This document shows, piece after piece, positions 36,965 to 48,169 of a stretch of 64,000 nucleotides of DNA. Source of the stretch: Botryllus schlosseri (taxonomy: Eukaryota); the NCBI GenBank assembly GCA_051294905.1, contig CM119380.1, forward strand, positions 3,596,001 through 3,660,000, in the 5' to 3' direction. Made by a program: the position numbers and the translations under genes. The notes beneath the pieces are model-generated. The model was not told the origin of the DNA. It worked only from the letters and a program-made list of their open reading frames with translations, and did not search any database. Position 1 is the first letter of the stretch. Each line of letters begins with the position of its first letter.

Positions 36965-38453
36965 TAGTGGAAGTTGTAGTGTTACGATTGCTTTATTCAG
37001 GTCGTCAAACAGCTGATCCCAATCTGCAAAATACTAAATCACCTGCTTTATTCAGGTCATCAAACAGCTGATCCCAATCTGCAAAATACTAACTAAATCA
37101 CCAAAGATGATTCATAATACCTAAAAGGACTCATAGTAACACTATAGATCTCACCCTTGGAACACTCTTTCAAATCTTTGTTGTCTCGATACGCGTTGTT
37201 TCTATAATTCATGCGATATATCACGCTTCAGATACAGCTCCACGAGGTAGATGTGATCGCGGGTTGTACAAGTGTCTTTTCGTGTAACCGAGTCAGATCT
37301 GCTTGTTCCAGAACAGATATTATGTAATCACTAGCCATCAGCAAAAAAACAAGACAGAGATGAGAAAATATTAACTAAAACGTTTTAGTTACGTTAAAAG
37401 TTGACATGACACGATACTCCCAAAACCACAATTGTTCACTACAAATTATGATCGCAATGACCAAGGGAAACGTGTTTACAAAAATAGTCGGTTAGAGTTG
37501 TAGCATCGCAACGTTCAGAGTCAGAACGAGGTCGCTTGAAACTGTTGACGACTCGATGTTAATCAAGGAAAAATTGGAATGTTCGATGTCGCTTGCAGCA
37601 CCTCAAGTAGGCTGGTCTCTCTTCGTGACCGAAAAGTGGTATCATCCATGAACAATTTTTTCTCAAGACCACATAATTTGTAAACTTTGCTGTGTTGAAT
37701 AGGATGTGGTTATCACTTTGTGTCTTACGATCTGGGAATTGTAGTGTAAGTACTGCTTCTACGCAGACACTTCGGACACGGGTCCGTTATTTCTCGTCTA
37801 GTTCCTGACGGCGCGCCTTGCATCGATCGGGTATCGCGCGGTCTGGTGAGTTGTCGGTACCGTGAACCGAGAGCTGTGTTAATTCCTGCTCCAGTTCCAA
37901 TCGTCTCTTTGTGCAAACTATTTGAATCCAATTCCGACATTACCGACTTAAGATATGAAATAGCGTTATCCATCTGGAATCTGGAGAGTTATCCATCTGG
38001 AAAACAAATGACACATTACCACATAAAAACACAAGTAAAAATAATAGCAAACACACCGTATATAACAAATAAAATAACACACAAAATATACAATTACATC
38101 ACAATGGTGTTACCACACCTTCAATTGCACGTCGTTTTACGTAGAATTAGAATAATTTTTACGCTGCTGTTTGTAAGTATAAACACCCACATCTTATACA
38201 CAAACACCCACATCTTATACACCGGAACCCCTTGTTTACTCCTCCGGTAGATTATTTAGATGTCAAGACACCCAGAAAAGTGTCGAAATCAATTTGACCG
38301 GATTCCTGGCGGCCTTTTGATGCAAATTGTTTCTTTGGACCGTCGTAATTTTTGGATTGAAGTCCGCAGAAAGATGTACCGCCTTCATACTCGCTTTCAT
38401 CAAGCTTGGTTGACGAAGGTAATACGGTAATTCGCGTACGTGTCTTTGCAATA

Positions 38454-38517
38454 CTGTCTCGAGCGGTCAAAAGAAACCGGATCAGCTGTCTCGAGCGGTC
38501 AAAAGAAACCGGATCAG
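38454..38517. repeat. 32-bp perfect tandem duplication
   Basis: ctgtctcgagcggtcaaaagaaaccggatcag twice. Confidence 0.9.
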
Positions 38518-38579
38518 CCAAAAACTCGCTGCTTCGAATTGCGGATCCCGGCCCGGGGCCTAGGACCCTTTTGGGCTTT

Positions 38580-41500
38580 CGCCCCGCCACGTATATTTGC
38601 TACTGTCGCCATTTGGCACTCGGTCACCAACCATGCCCGGAGGCTTTTGATTGAGGCGAGTCTATCGCCTTGTGCCTCCGCTGCATAAGGTTTCCCATCA
38701 AATATTCGGTTCGTCGTTCTGCCGCGCCGGGCTCACCCTCGCCCGGCGCTTGTTCCCAGTCCCTTTTATTGATGATCCGGTCTGCGCCCCATCCTGGACC
38801 GTACCGCGACCATTCTCGCCGTACCGGACAGCGCCCGGACGGTAGCCAATCTAATGTCTCGCTTGGATAACCCGATGGTTATTAGATCCTCAAGGGATTC
38901 CGGCGACCAGCAACCCCTCCAAGAAAGAATTGCCGAGGTCACCCTCACATTCGTTCTGTCCGTATGCTCTTGGACCCATTCGATGACGGATCTAGTGGCA
39001 TATCGGATCACCTTGGTCTCATGGGCTCTGTGCAAGACGTTCTCTGCGGCTTTGGAATCGGAGGTGACCTGAACGTCTATAACCCAGGCTGTATCGTTTG
39101 GCGGCCGCCAGCAGACAATGTCTGGGCAGCGGTAACTCGCACCATCGCGGATTCTCGGACACTCCACGACATGCCACCTGTTCTTCTTCAGGCTCTCAAC
39201 AAATACACTCTGCACACCATCGTGGCGAATGGTTCGGAGGCCGTGCAGTTCGGGGCAAGATTGGCTAATATGCCCGAGCGTTTCACGCTTTGAGTTTCCC
39301 TTACATCCGACAGCCTGGCAATAGGGGTTCGCTGTAATTCTGCCCCTCGCTCCGCGGCTCTTCGTGAACAGGAGGTTACCTCTGACCTTGACGGCCTCGA
39401 TAAATTCCCGTCCCTTGAGCAAGCCCGACCCGTCAGAGACCCAGCTGTGTTGCCACACTGGGACTTCGTCTGCTTCCTTCAGGCCGGCCCCATCCTTGAT
39501 GGACGGATGGATGGATGACCGATGGAGCCAGTCGGCAAACACCGCGTCTGCCGCCGGTAGGCTGGTTACCGGCACCCCGTTGATCTCCGTGACATGTTCA
39601 CCATGCCCCAGAGCTTGGACAACCGGGTCGGGGCTATCTCGTAACCGCTCAAGCCGGGCTCGCTTGAGGAGGATCATCCGACTCTCCATGGACGGAATTC
39701 CCAGTCCCCCCTCCGTAATTCTCCCGTGGACAAACGGAGTCGGCGTATCGCTCGGCAGATGCAACCAACGTCGCACTGCACTTCGGATCTTGATATCGTA
39801 CGCGGCTAACAGGTGCGGCTTCACCTTTCCCAACGAACACCCGTATGTAAGTTTAGGGAAGAGATGGTTTCTCAGCACATCTAGCCGCTGTTGCGGCTTG
39901 AGGGGGGCATCCGACAGCGCCTTCAGCCCCTCTTCCAGGCAATTCCCGACCTTCGCCCGGCAGCCGTCAGCTCCCGTCTCGATACCGAGGTACCGATAAG
40001 TTTCCTCTGACCCCAGGGCGTCGATGGTTGTTCCTCCAAAGTGGTCTGATGTGTCCACCAGCCACCGCTTCCGTTTCCCATCGGCCTTGATGACCAAAGA
40101 CCTACATTTTGCAGGATTGGCCTCAAGACCCGCCAGCTTTAGACACGATAGGAATGTTTTTAACTGCGTTTTCATGCCGGCCGCTGATCTCGTTAGCAGC
40201 GCCACATCGTTGGCAAATCCAAGTGCACTTATCACCTCCCCCTCGATGATAGGCCCGATTTTCTGAAGCTTGCACAAGGCTTCATCCACTACCGCATTGG
40301 ACAGAATGGGGGACAGGGGGTCCCCTTGACGGACGCCACGCTTGACTATGATATCCTCCCCGTAGAGGTTAGTCGAAGCGCCGTCGTAGCAACTACCCAG
40401 ATACCTTGCGAAGGGTTCCGGGACGCCTAGGCGCATGGCCGCCCTGAGGATGCTTTCATGTTTAACCGAATCAAACGCTTTACGCAGGTCAAGAAAGACC
40501 ACGTTGAGGTCCGATAGGGAGCTTTTCGCCTTCGTGATCACTGCGTCAAGGAGTGTCACGTTCTCAGCGCACCCGTCGGTCGGGATGAACGCTCGCTGGA
40601 TAGGGTTCAGCTTTAAGGCCAAGCTCAGTCGCCACGCCAGGATTTTATGGAACGTGCGGACTAGTATCGGACCAATCGTAATGGGGCGATAGTCACCCGG
40701 AGCCTTCGGCTCAAGCGTCTTCGGTATTAACACAGTCCTAGCCCTTCGAAAGGGCTTAGGGAGCACCCCGCTGAGCAACCATAAGTTGAACAACTTCGTG
40801 AGACAAGTTGTCGGCAGTTTTCTGATATCGGAGAGCGGCATACCATCCGGCCCTGCTGCCGAAGGTTTCGAGGAGGACACGATGGATCTCACCTCGGCCT
40901 CTGTTATAGGATCAAGTAATCGCCAGTGCACCGTTTCCGGTGTGGGGACCTCTCTTGCGTCCGTTTCCGCCTCGCGACGCATCAGGCCGCCCCAGAACTC
41001 TATTATTGCTTTTCTGTTCGGGGTCTCTGACGTAGGCTTTTTTTCCCAGCCTCGGTTGAGGACAAACCCTGCGCATGCCTTTCTATCTCGCTTATATAGG
41101 CTCTGCGTCTTTGCAAAGTGGATCGTTCTTTGCGCTCGTCTGGACACACGTTGCCTCTTACCATTAGGCTTTACCGTGGTCCAGGTATTCGTAATGGGTT
41201 TTGCCTCAACTCGGGCCAGGAGTATCTCCGCTTGCTGTTCAAGCTCCGATATCAGATTCTGCCCTTCGGGTTCCTTCCCGACGATCTCGTCAAGTATCGA
41301 TTCCGCGCCCTTATCTTCCGCACCCGTACGGGCCGAGGGCTCCAAAGATTCGAGGTATGAAAACACACCTTTGCTCCTGTTCTCTCCACCTCCGATAGCA
41401 TCGGTGGCTGGCTCATTGTCAAATCCCAAAGGGGGCATCGGGTCCGAAGACTCCGTTACCATTTCCATATCCGAAGACCTTCGGTCTTGTATTTCAAGTG

Positions 41501-41900
41501 CTCGCCTCACTTGTATGTCCCTCACCAGGGCTCGGTACTCCTCGATCTTCCTGCGGCAATTGACGGCATCAAAGGATCGCTCCCCGTGTAACGATTTTGT
41601 GAGTTCCCGACCAAGGTTAGCAACCTTTTTACCGGATTCAATGAGGCCAGCCGCAGCCAATAGGCGGTCCTCCTCCGGGCTCCATCGGGGACGTTTGCTC
41701 GGGGCCACGTCAAGCATCTCAGAGTTGACCAAGCTCTTTTGCCTCTTTCGCCTGTGCAATGCCAGCCCTGTTTTCGTGAGAAAGGACAAGGGGCAATTCT
41801 CGCAACGATGTAGCTGCATGGTACTCGGGCCCGGTCCCCCCGTGGGGGACTGGGAGCCTTCTGCTAATCCTGGGGTCGCAAACGCCCCTCTGTCTTACCT
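38580..41900 (-). mobile_element. R2-like element including a structured 3' UTR (ends approximate)
   Basis: Strong hairpins just after the stop (GCGCCGGGC..GCCCGGCGC; AGGCGA..TCGCCT; GGGC-GAAA-GCCC). No poly(A) or 28S sequence recognised. Confidence 0.7.
38766..41819 (-). CDS. R2-clade non-LTR retrotransposon ORF (ZnF, Myb, RT, CCHC, restriction-like endonuclease), probably inactive
   Basis: CENC...LALH zinc finger; RWSPEED Myb; AAGPDG, YRPITI, LDLRKAFDSV, GVRQGDPLSP; FANDV where FADD is expected; C..C...ETLGHI.QSC, RHD, PDIV, VIDV...K..Y. Confidence 0.9.
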   Translation of the reverse strand: MQLHRCENCPLSFLTKTGLALHRRKRQKSLVNSEMLDVAPSKRPRWSPEEDRLLAAAGLIESGKKVANLGRELTKSLHGERSFDAVNCRRKIEEYRALVRDIQVRRALEIQDRRSSDMEMVTESSDPMPPLGFDNEPATDAIGGGENRSKGVFSYLESLEPSARTGAEDKGAESILDEIVGKEPEGQNLISELEQQAEILLARVEAKPITNTWTTVKPNGKRQRVSRRAQRTIHFAKTQSLYKRDRKACAGFVLNRGWEKKPTSETPNRKAIIEFWGGLMRREAETDAREVPTPETVHWRLLDPITEAEVRSIVSSSKPSAAGPDGMPLSDIRKLPTTCLTKLFNLWLLSGVLPKPFRRARTVLIPKTLEPKAPGDYRPITIGPILVRTFHKILAWRLSLALKLNPIQRAFIPTDGCAENVTLLDAVITKAKSSLSDLNVVFLDLRKAFDSVKHESILRAAMRLGVPEPFARYLGSCYDGASTNLYGEDIIVKRGVRQGDPLSPILSNAVVDEALCKLQKIGPIIEGEVISALGFANDVALLTRSAAGMKTQLKTFLSCLKLAGLEANPAKCRSLVIKADGKRKRWLVDTSDHFGGTTIDALGSEETYRYLGIETGADGCRAKVGNCLEEGLKALSDAPLKPQQRLDVLRNHLFPKLTYGCSLGKVKPHLLAAYDIKIRSAVRRWLHLPSDTPTPFVHGRITEGGLGIPSMESRMILLKRARLERLRDSPDPVVQALGHGEHVTEINGVPVTSLPAADAVFADWLHRSSIHPSIKDGAGLKEADEVPVWQHSWVSDGSGLLKGREFIEAVKVRGNLLFTKSRGARGRITANPYCQAVGCKGNSKRETLGHISQSCPELHGLRTIRHDGVQSVFVESLKKNRWHVVECPRIRDGASYRCPDIVCWRPPNDTAWVIDVQVTSDSKAAENVLHRAHETKVIRYATRSVIEWVQEHTDRTNVRVTSAILSWRGCWSPESLEDLITIGLSKRDIRLATVRALSGTARMVAVRSRMGRRPDHQ

Positions 41901-42369
41901 TGGAGTCGTCATCACAGAACACAGAGTAGACTATATAGATTATCTGCTTAGGATTAGATATCTGGCGGAAAGAAAGGATTGGTTAAATTTCATTCAAAAT
42001 ATCGATCGTAAATGCAAAGCATTTTTCTGATCTGTCTCAAAAGAGCTCACAGTCTATCTTGGACCGAATATCGGTCATCCACGTAGGGATTCACCGGCTT
42101 GTTACAGTCGATGTTGCGCCAATTTCCAAGTTGACGTCCAGATTTCAAGGGCTGGGGCCTAGAGGCGTTCGGTCCACCTCTAGGCTTTTGTAAGACACCG
42201 CTTACGAAACATTGTGTTTCTCCTGTATTACCAATGTGTTTCTCCTGTATGTAATACCGATTTTCCTGATCTTAATTGTGATCCATATCAAATTCATCGC
42301 TCTGTCGAAGACGAACAAGTAAGCTATCGATATTATGAAGATCACTTCACGCATAAACGATTGACGCTT

Positions 42370-43030
42370 CCAAGTCGGGATGCTTTGTAAAGCATATGAC
42401 GTCACTTTACCTCCAAACAGGGAAGCTGCTGTAAAGTCTCTGGAAACTCAACGAACCAAATTTATGAAAGATCCCGAACTTTTTCAGAAGTACAAGGAAA
42501 AAATTAATTACTATCTGTCAAGGGAGTATGCCCGGGCTACGCCGTCGGACATGGAGTTCCGCCAACGAACCGTACTTTCTACTTGATCCACTTCCACACA
42601 AAACCGAAAAACATGCGTGAGAATTGTGTTTGATGCCAGCCGCAAGTTTGCGTAGAAAAGCTTTAATAGCCAGTTACTCAGCGGGCCGGATATAAATTCC
42701 TCCCTCATTGGAGTGTTATTATCGATTGCGAATGCACAGATATCCGTCGGCAGCAGATTTGGCACAAATGTGTTCTCGGATCCAGACCTACCCTAGGGAC
42801 TCGACAATCTCCGTCCGATTCATGTAGTTTGATAACAATGACATTCGTGGAAAACATTGTTGATTTCCAGATGACTTCTCACGTTTTTGGGAGCACATGC
42901 TCTCCTACTATTGTACAGTTTTTGTCTTCGTCAAATCGTTGCCCTCGACGGTAATAATGCTGACGCTGCAACCTTGGATTGCATCCTAAACATGTACATG
43001 TACGACACCGTCTTAATTTCTTCTCCGAGA
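42370..43030 (+). pseudogene. BEL/Pao RT fragment
   Basis: LPPNREAA...KDPELFQKYKEKI...RIVFDA...QLLSGPDINSSLIGVL...HVFGA, with frameshifts. Confidence 0.72.
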
Positions 43031-43239
43031 CGTCCACTGTCAGATTCATCGGCTAAATTCGATTTACCACGCGATAACGCTGACTCGTTGAGTGCCTCTT
43101 CCAATAAGGACTCGACGTTATTGTCCAGGTAATCCGAAACGCCCTGGTCGCTCTGCTGTATGCAGGAGATGTCGGTTTCAAACAAGCTCTCTATCGCACT
43201 GTCTTCGGCCACACGGCTCTCCTCTTTGGCAGTAACAGT

Positions 43240-43983
43240 GCACGTCGAGTAATTGTGATCATCACCGCCACATCGTACACATCTGAGTCTGCCACCACAG
43301 TGTTTAGCAGTATGGCCAAACCTGTTACATTGATAGCACCGCATTGGTGGTGGATTGTATTGTTTAACAGCAAATCTCAAATACCCCATCGACACATGTT
43401 CGGGAGGATTTGGTGTAGAAAATCCGAGCAACACACAAAGACTATTTTCATACCCCTTTTCCGTTTTCCTCTTGAGTCGTTTGGCGAAGGTAACATTTTG
43501 TTCATTCAATAACTCTAATATTTCTTCGACAGTAACATCAGATGGCACTCCATGAATAACAGCTCTGACGACGTATGATCTATCAACGTTTTCGTATTGG
43601 ATAACTTTGATCGGAATTGATATCTTTCGGGTACAATCCAATAACGTGTTCAATCCTAGAAGATTCTGAGCTTGCTTGGCGTTATGACAAGTGATGAGGA
43701 GACTGCCAGATGCTAATCTTTTAATGTTCTCGACATTACCGACCGTATCACATATACATTTCTGTACCTTGGTTGGATGATATAATATCATACGACGATC
43801 TGTGCCTTGGATAACCACCTTTAATCCACGATGAGAACCGCTTTCCATAACATTACTACTTGGTCTCGATTTAGCAGGGGGACTTTGCGTAACTTCTTCC
43901 GTTGACGATCCAGTAGATTTTCGCTTCTTGGATATCTTCTTTGAAATCAAATCCATAGCCGTATTGCTATCCTGCTCTGACAT
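43240..43983 (-). pseudogene. LINE (I/Jockey-type) ORF1 gag-like protein, 3'-truncated
   Basis: IKRLASGSLLI, RAVIHGVP, P.RCYQCNRFGHTAKHC...CVRCGGDDH...C zinc knuckles. ORF2 is absent. Confidence 0.82.
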
Positions 43984-44120
43984 CTCGCCTTGCGAGAGTC
44001 AGAGACGAGACGTATCAGCTAGTTACGCTCTTTTCCAATATAGTGTCCGTCCAAATACACAGAGCGCCTGATTACTACGTCGCTTCTCTCAGACGTCCGA
44101 TCACCTCAACGTCCTGAACG

Positions 44121-45972
44121 AGCGATAAGTTTAATATTGAACCTGACACGCGTAACATAATCGCGTGATATAAATCACGATTAATTCCGTTCTAACATTG
44201 CTTAGTCGGCGAGGTTCATTCCGTTTAATGGCCATAGTCACATCGGAAGAGTGGAATGCGACCAACTAGCATTAGAAATTTTGTAATCTGTGGAATATAC
44301 ATGTTTCGAATGAGCTCTGTTCCTTCAGGTACGGTTCCGCAGATTTAATCGACGGACCTGCGGGGCACATGAACTTTCGGAACAAATTCATAGAAATGCC
44401 TACTGACATATGGAGAATGTTGCTTTTTGGGCCGAAAGTGCTTTAGCCCCGTCCAGGTACGTTAAAATATATTTGAGTATAAGGATTCAATTCTCAATAC
44501 AACATGAAAATACAGTATATCTCAAAACGGCAAAAACACGTTTTGTACAAAGAACGGATCTCAAAGACGTATCTCGGTGATAACAGGAAAATTCCTAGTA
44601 ACTTCACAAATCTAAAGATTGGGGATTTCATACACGTATTCCAATTACAGCTGAAAAGTACTCAAAACCAACGTTTTAGTGAGCTGAATAGCTACTTCGT
44701 CATCATTGGATCGAATTATTCAAGTTGTAGCCTACTCGGCTGTTTTGCCTCTGCTTGATTTTAACATTTCACAGGCAACATATCTGGTCAGCCGACTCCC
44801 CTAAAGTAATTATTGTTTTATGAGCTTAATTTGTGATGCACCTTAGTATACCGTCAAATACTGGTGTCCCTGTGGATATTCCGGCGTGGCTTCTGCTGCA
44901 ACGTGCACACTGTTTGGGCAAGCACTGATATCAGGGTTGTAACGAAGTCACAAGGCTCCGAGTCACAAGTCAATCTCACTTTTATATTTTTGACTCGAGT
45001 TAAGTCGAGTCATTTACAATTCCCACCGAGTCAAGTCCGAGTCCAAGTCAGTGAACAGAGGATCGAGTCCGAGTCGTGGTATTACGACTCGAGTCCGAGT
45101 CCAAGTCATTGTGTTGACTGCTCAGTTTCCAGTTAAAGTCTTCCTAAACCCACTTTTTTAACTCTGTTTGGTGATATTGAATGGTTCGAATTTATAATAT
45201 ATCAATTTTCCTCACTTTTAGCAGTTTCTGGTCGCATTTTCAAGCACTAGTACCAACAAACGAAATCCCAATAGTATGTTGGCTTCGAAATTTCAATGAA
45301 ATATCGGTCTTGGCAGTCTGAATCTCGAGTCAATGACTTGCTTCGAGTCATTTTCGTATTTTGAAAAAATGACTCGAGTCGAGTCGAGTCATCCGAAAAT
45401 CGTGACTCGAGTCGGACGCGAGTCGAGTCATGACTCGAGTCATTACAACCCTGACTGATATAAACCACGTTCCTAGCCGTTACACGCAGCTGAAAATGCA
45501 GAATAGTCAGTTCACTCATCCTTACGCGCATGTCAAGGACTGCGTAAATTTATCGATAGCTCAAACAACTGAGATCTGTTGAATTGCGATAAATTTAGCT
45601 GTTTTAATATATCGGATATAAAAAATAATAATGGGGCACTCTGCGTGACGATCACGCAGTTTGCATGCGCCCCGGGCCTAGGTTTGAGAGCTCATTCGGA
45701 GCCTCATGTCACACATCACACACGAATATCACAAACGAGATAAGCACTATCAGTAAGAGCATGCACATGCATGTAGAGCAACTGACCGCAATCAGCACAC
45801 AGACACAGAGATATTCAGTGCCTTATATACCGTCGGTAGATATTTTACTACTATTTACGGTGAGTGGAAATATTGGAATATATGGTATGTCAGATGAAAC
45901 GATGCTACGCAATATAATTACGATATTTTAAGAGCTTATCTATCTTATTTTTATCTCCAAACACTTCCTATT
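44121..45972. repeat. About 1.32-kb direct repeat, copy 1 (with MITE insertion)
   Basis: Collinear with 46240-47562 once 44932-45461 is removed; scattered substitutions. Confidence 0.9.
44932..45453. mobile_element. hAT MITE with GACTCGAGTC-rich arms
   Basis: TIR CAGGGTTGTAA...TTACAACCCTG; 8-bp TSD ACTGATAT. The empty site is visible in repeat copy 2 (~47033-47040). Confidence 0.93.
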
Positions 45973-46239
45973 TTGTCCAGAACACCAACTTTACGGACGA
46001 GATCAAAGCAATTCCCAGTTAAAATTATGGCATGATTTTTTAGCATATTAAGCTGCTAGTCATACTTTACATTTTATACTGTGATTCCCATGTACGGTGT
46101 TTTGCGCACTGTACCGGCTCATACCATGAAGGTAGAATAGGCTATTCGGATTGGGACATTTGGTAAATCATTTCAGTAAGACCTTGAATGAACGCTGAGC
46201 TGTACTCCGGTGACTTGTTTTGCTCATGAATTGTCTGGC

Positions 46240-47562
46240 AGCGATAAGTTTAATATTGAACCTGACACGGGTAACAAAATCGCGTGATATAAATCGCGAT
46301 TAATTCCGTTCTAACATTGCTTAGTCGGCGAGGTTCATTCCGTTTATTGGCCATTGTCACACCGGAAGAGTGGAATGCGACCAACTAGCATTAGAAATTT
46401 TGTAATCTGTGGAATATACATGTTTCGAATGAGCTCTCTTCCTTCAGGTACGGTTCCGCAGATTTAATCGACGGACCTGCGGGGCACATGAACTTTCGGA
46501 ACAAATTCATAGAAATGCCTATAATGACGTATGGAGAATGTTGCTTTTTGGGCCGAAAGTGCATGAGCCCCGTCCAGGTACGTTAAAATATATTTGAGTA
46601 TAAGGATTCAATTCTCAATACAACATATCTCAACACGGCAAAAACACGTTTTGTACAAAGAACGGATCTCAAAGACGTATCTCGGTGATACCAGGAAAAG
46701 TCCTAGTAACTTCAACAAATCTAAACATTGGGGATTTAATACACGTATTCCAATTACAGCTGAAAAGTACTCAAAATCAACGTTTTAGTGGGCTGAATAG
46801 CTACTTCGTCATCATTGGATCGAATTATTCAAGTTGTAGCCTACTCGGCTGTTTTGCCTCTGCTTGATTTTAACATTTCACAGGCCACATATCTGGTCAG
46901 CCGACTCCCCTAAAGTAATTCTTGTTTTATGAGCTTAATTTGTGATGCACCTTAGTATACCGTCAAATACTGGTGTCCCTGCGGATATTCCGGCGCGGCA
47001 TCTGCTGCAACGTGCACACTGCTTGGGCAAGCACTGATATAAACCACGTTCCTAGCCGTTACACGCAGCTGAAAATGCAGAATAGTCAGTTCACTCATCC
47101 TTACGCGCATGTCAAGGACTGCGTAAATTTATCGATAGCTCAAACAACTGAGATCTCTAGAATTGCGATAAATTTAGCTGTTTTAATATATCGGATATAA
47201 AAAAAATGATGGGGCACTCTGCGTGACGATCACGCAGTTCGCATGTGCCCCGGGCCTAGGTTTGAGAGCTCATTCGGAGCCTCATGTCACACACGAATAT
47301 CACACACGAGATAAGCACTATCAGTAAGAGCATGCACATGCACAATGCACATGCATGTAGACGTAGAGCAACTGACCGCAATCAGCACACAGACACAGAG
47401 ATATTCAGTGCCTTATATACCGTCGGTAGAGATTTGACTACTATTTACGGTGAGTGGAAATTTTGGAATATATGGTATGACAGATGAAACTATGCTACGA
47501 AATATAATTACGATATTTTAAGAGCTTATCTATCTTATTTCTATCTCCAAACCCTTCCTATT
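46240..47562. repeat. About 1.32-kb direct repeat, copy 2
   Basis: Matches 44121-45972 minus the MITE. Confidence 0.9.
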
Positions 47563-47722
47563 GTTGTAAAAAGGTTGTAAAATGAAGCCGCATTTACTTT
47601 TTGAATTCGACGATACCACATCCCAAGTTTTCTACGAAAGCGTGAATCGCATCATAGTCTCCTATGCGATTCAACAGGGGTTAAACCCGCTTAGACGCCA
47701 ACCCGCCACACGCCAAACGCTA

Positions 47723-47915
47723 CCCTGCGGCTGAGTCTCTATGTGGCGTCTGGCGTCTGAACGTGTTGAAACGCAGACTGGCGGCTGAATCGCTACATGG
47801 CGTCTGGCGTGTGAACGTGTTGAAACGCAGACTGGCGGCTGTATTGCTACATGGCGTCTGGCGTGTGAACGGGTTGTGACGCAGACTGGCGGATGAAGTG
47901 CTATATGGCGTCCAA
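47723..47915. repeat. 54-bp minisatellite, ~3.5 copies
   Basis: GGCGTC unit starts at 47745, 47799, 47853 and 47907. Confidence 0.88.
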
Positions 47916-48169
47916 CATTTTAGGACGCTGTACTGCAATACGACGTTCGGCGATTTTGTGACGCCGCGTTAGATATAGGAATCATGAACTGAACCACAAT
48001 TTTGTATTTCTTTCTAATTAGAGATATAATTCTATTGCCAGGTTTTGCGAAATCAGCAATCCTAATAATTAAAAACAACTGCATAGCTCCGGTTACCCCT
48101 GGCTAGTCTCTGCTGCCCCTCCTTACACTCGCATGGAGATCAACGAGAATTCAAGTAACTATATTCAAA

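Noticed and set aside
38320-38410. TTGATGA...GAAAC as a hammerhead ribozyme
   Set aside because: The core is not CUGAUGA and I could not form the three stems.
38838-38856. GGTAGCCAA resembling the 28S R2 target site
   Set aside because: It lies inside the R2 ORF on the antisense strand with no surrounding rRNA similarity; likely chance.
41820-41930. Possible HDV-like ribozyme at the R2 5' end
   Set aside because: Two GC hairpins are present, but I could not build the nested double-pseudoknot by eye. An Infernal/RNAmotif search would settle it.
40786-42030. 414-aa plus-strand ORF
   Set aside because: Antisense shadow of the GC-rich R2 ORF, with no domain signal.
42931-43240. C-terminal third of the 350-aa LINE ORF1 call
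   Set aside because: Read-through past the breakpoint into unrelated and antisense BEL/Pao sequence.
47723-47915. CRISPR-like array (also 29700-29900, 30260-30470)
   Set aside because: Units repeat in full without unique spacers, the context is eukaryotic, and there are no cas genes.
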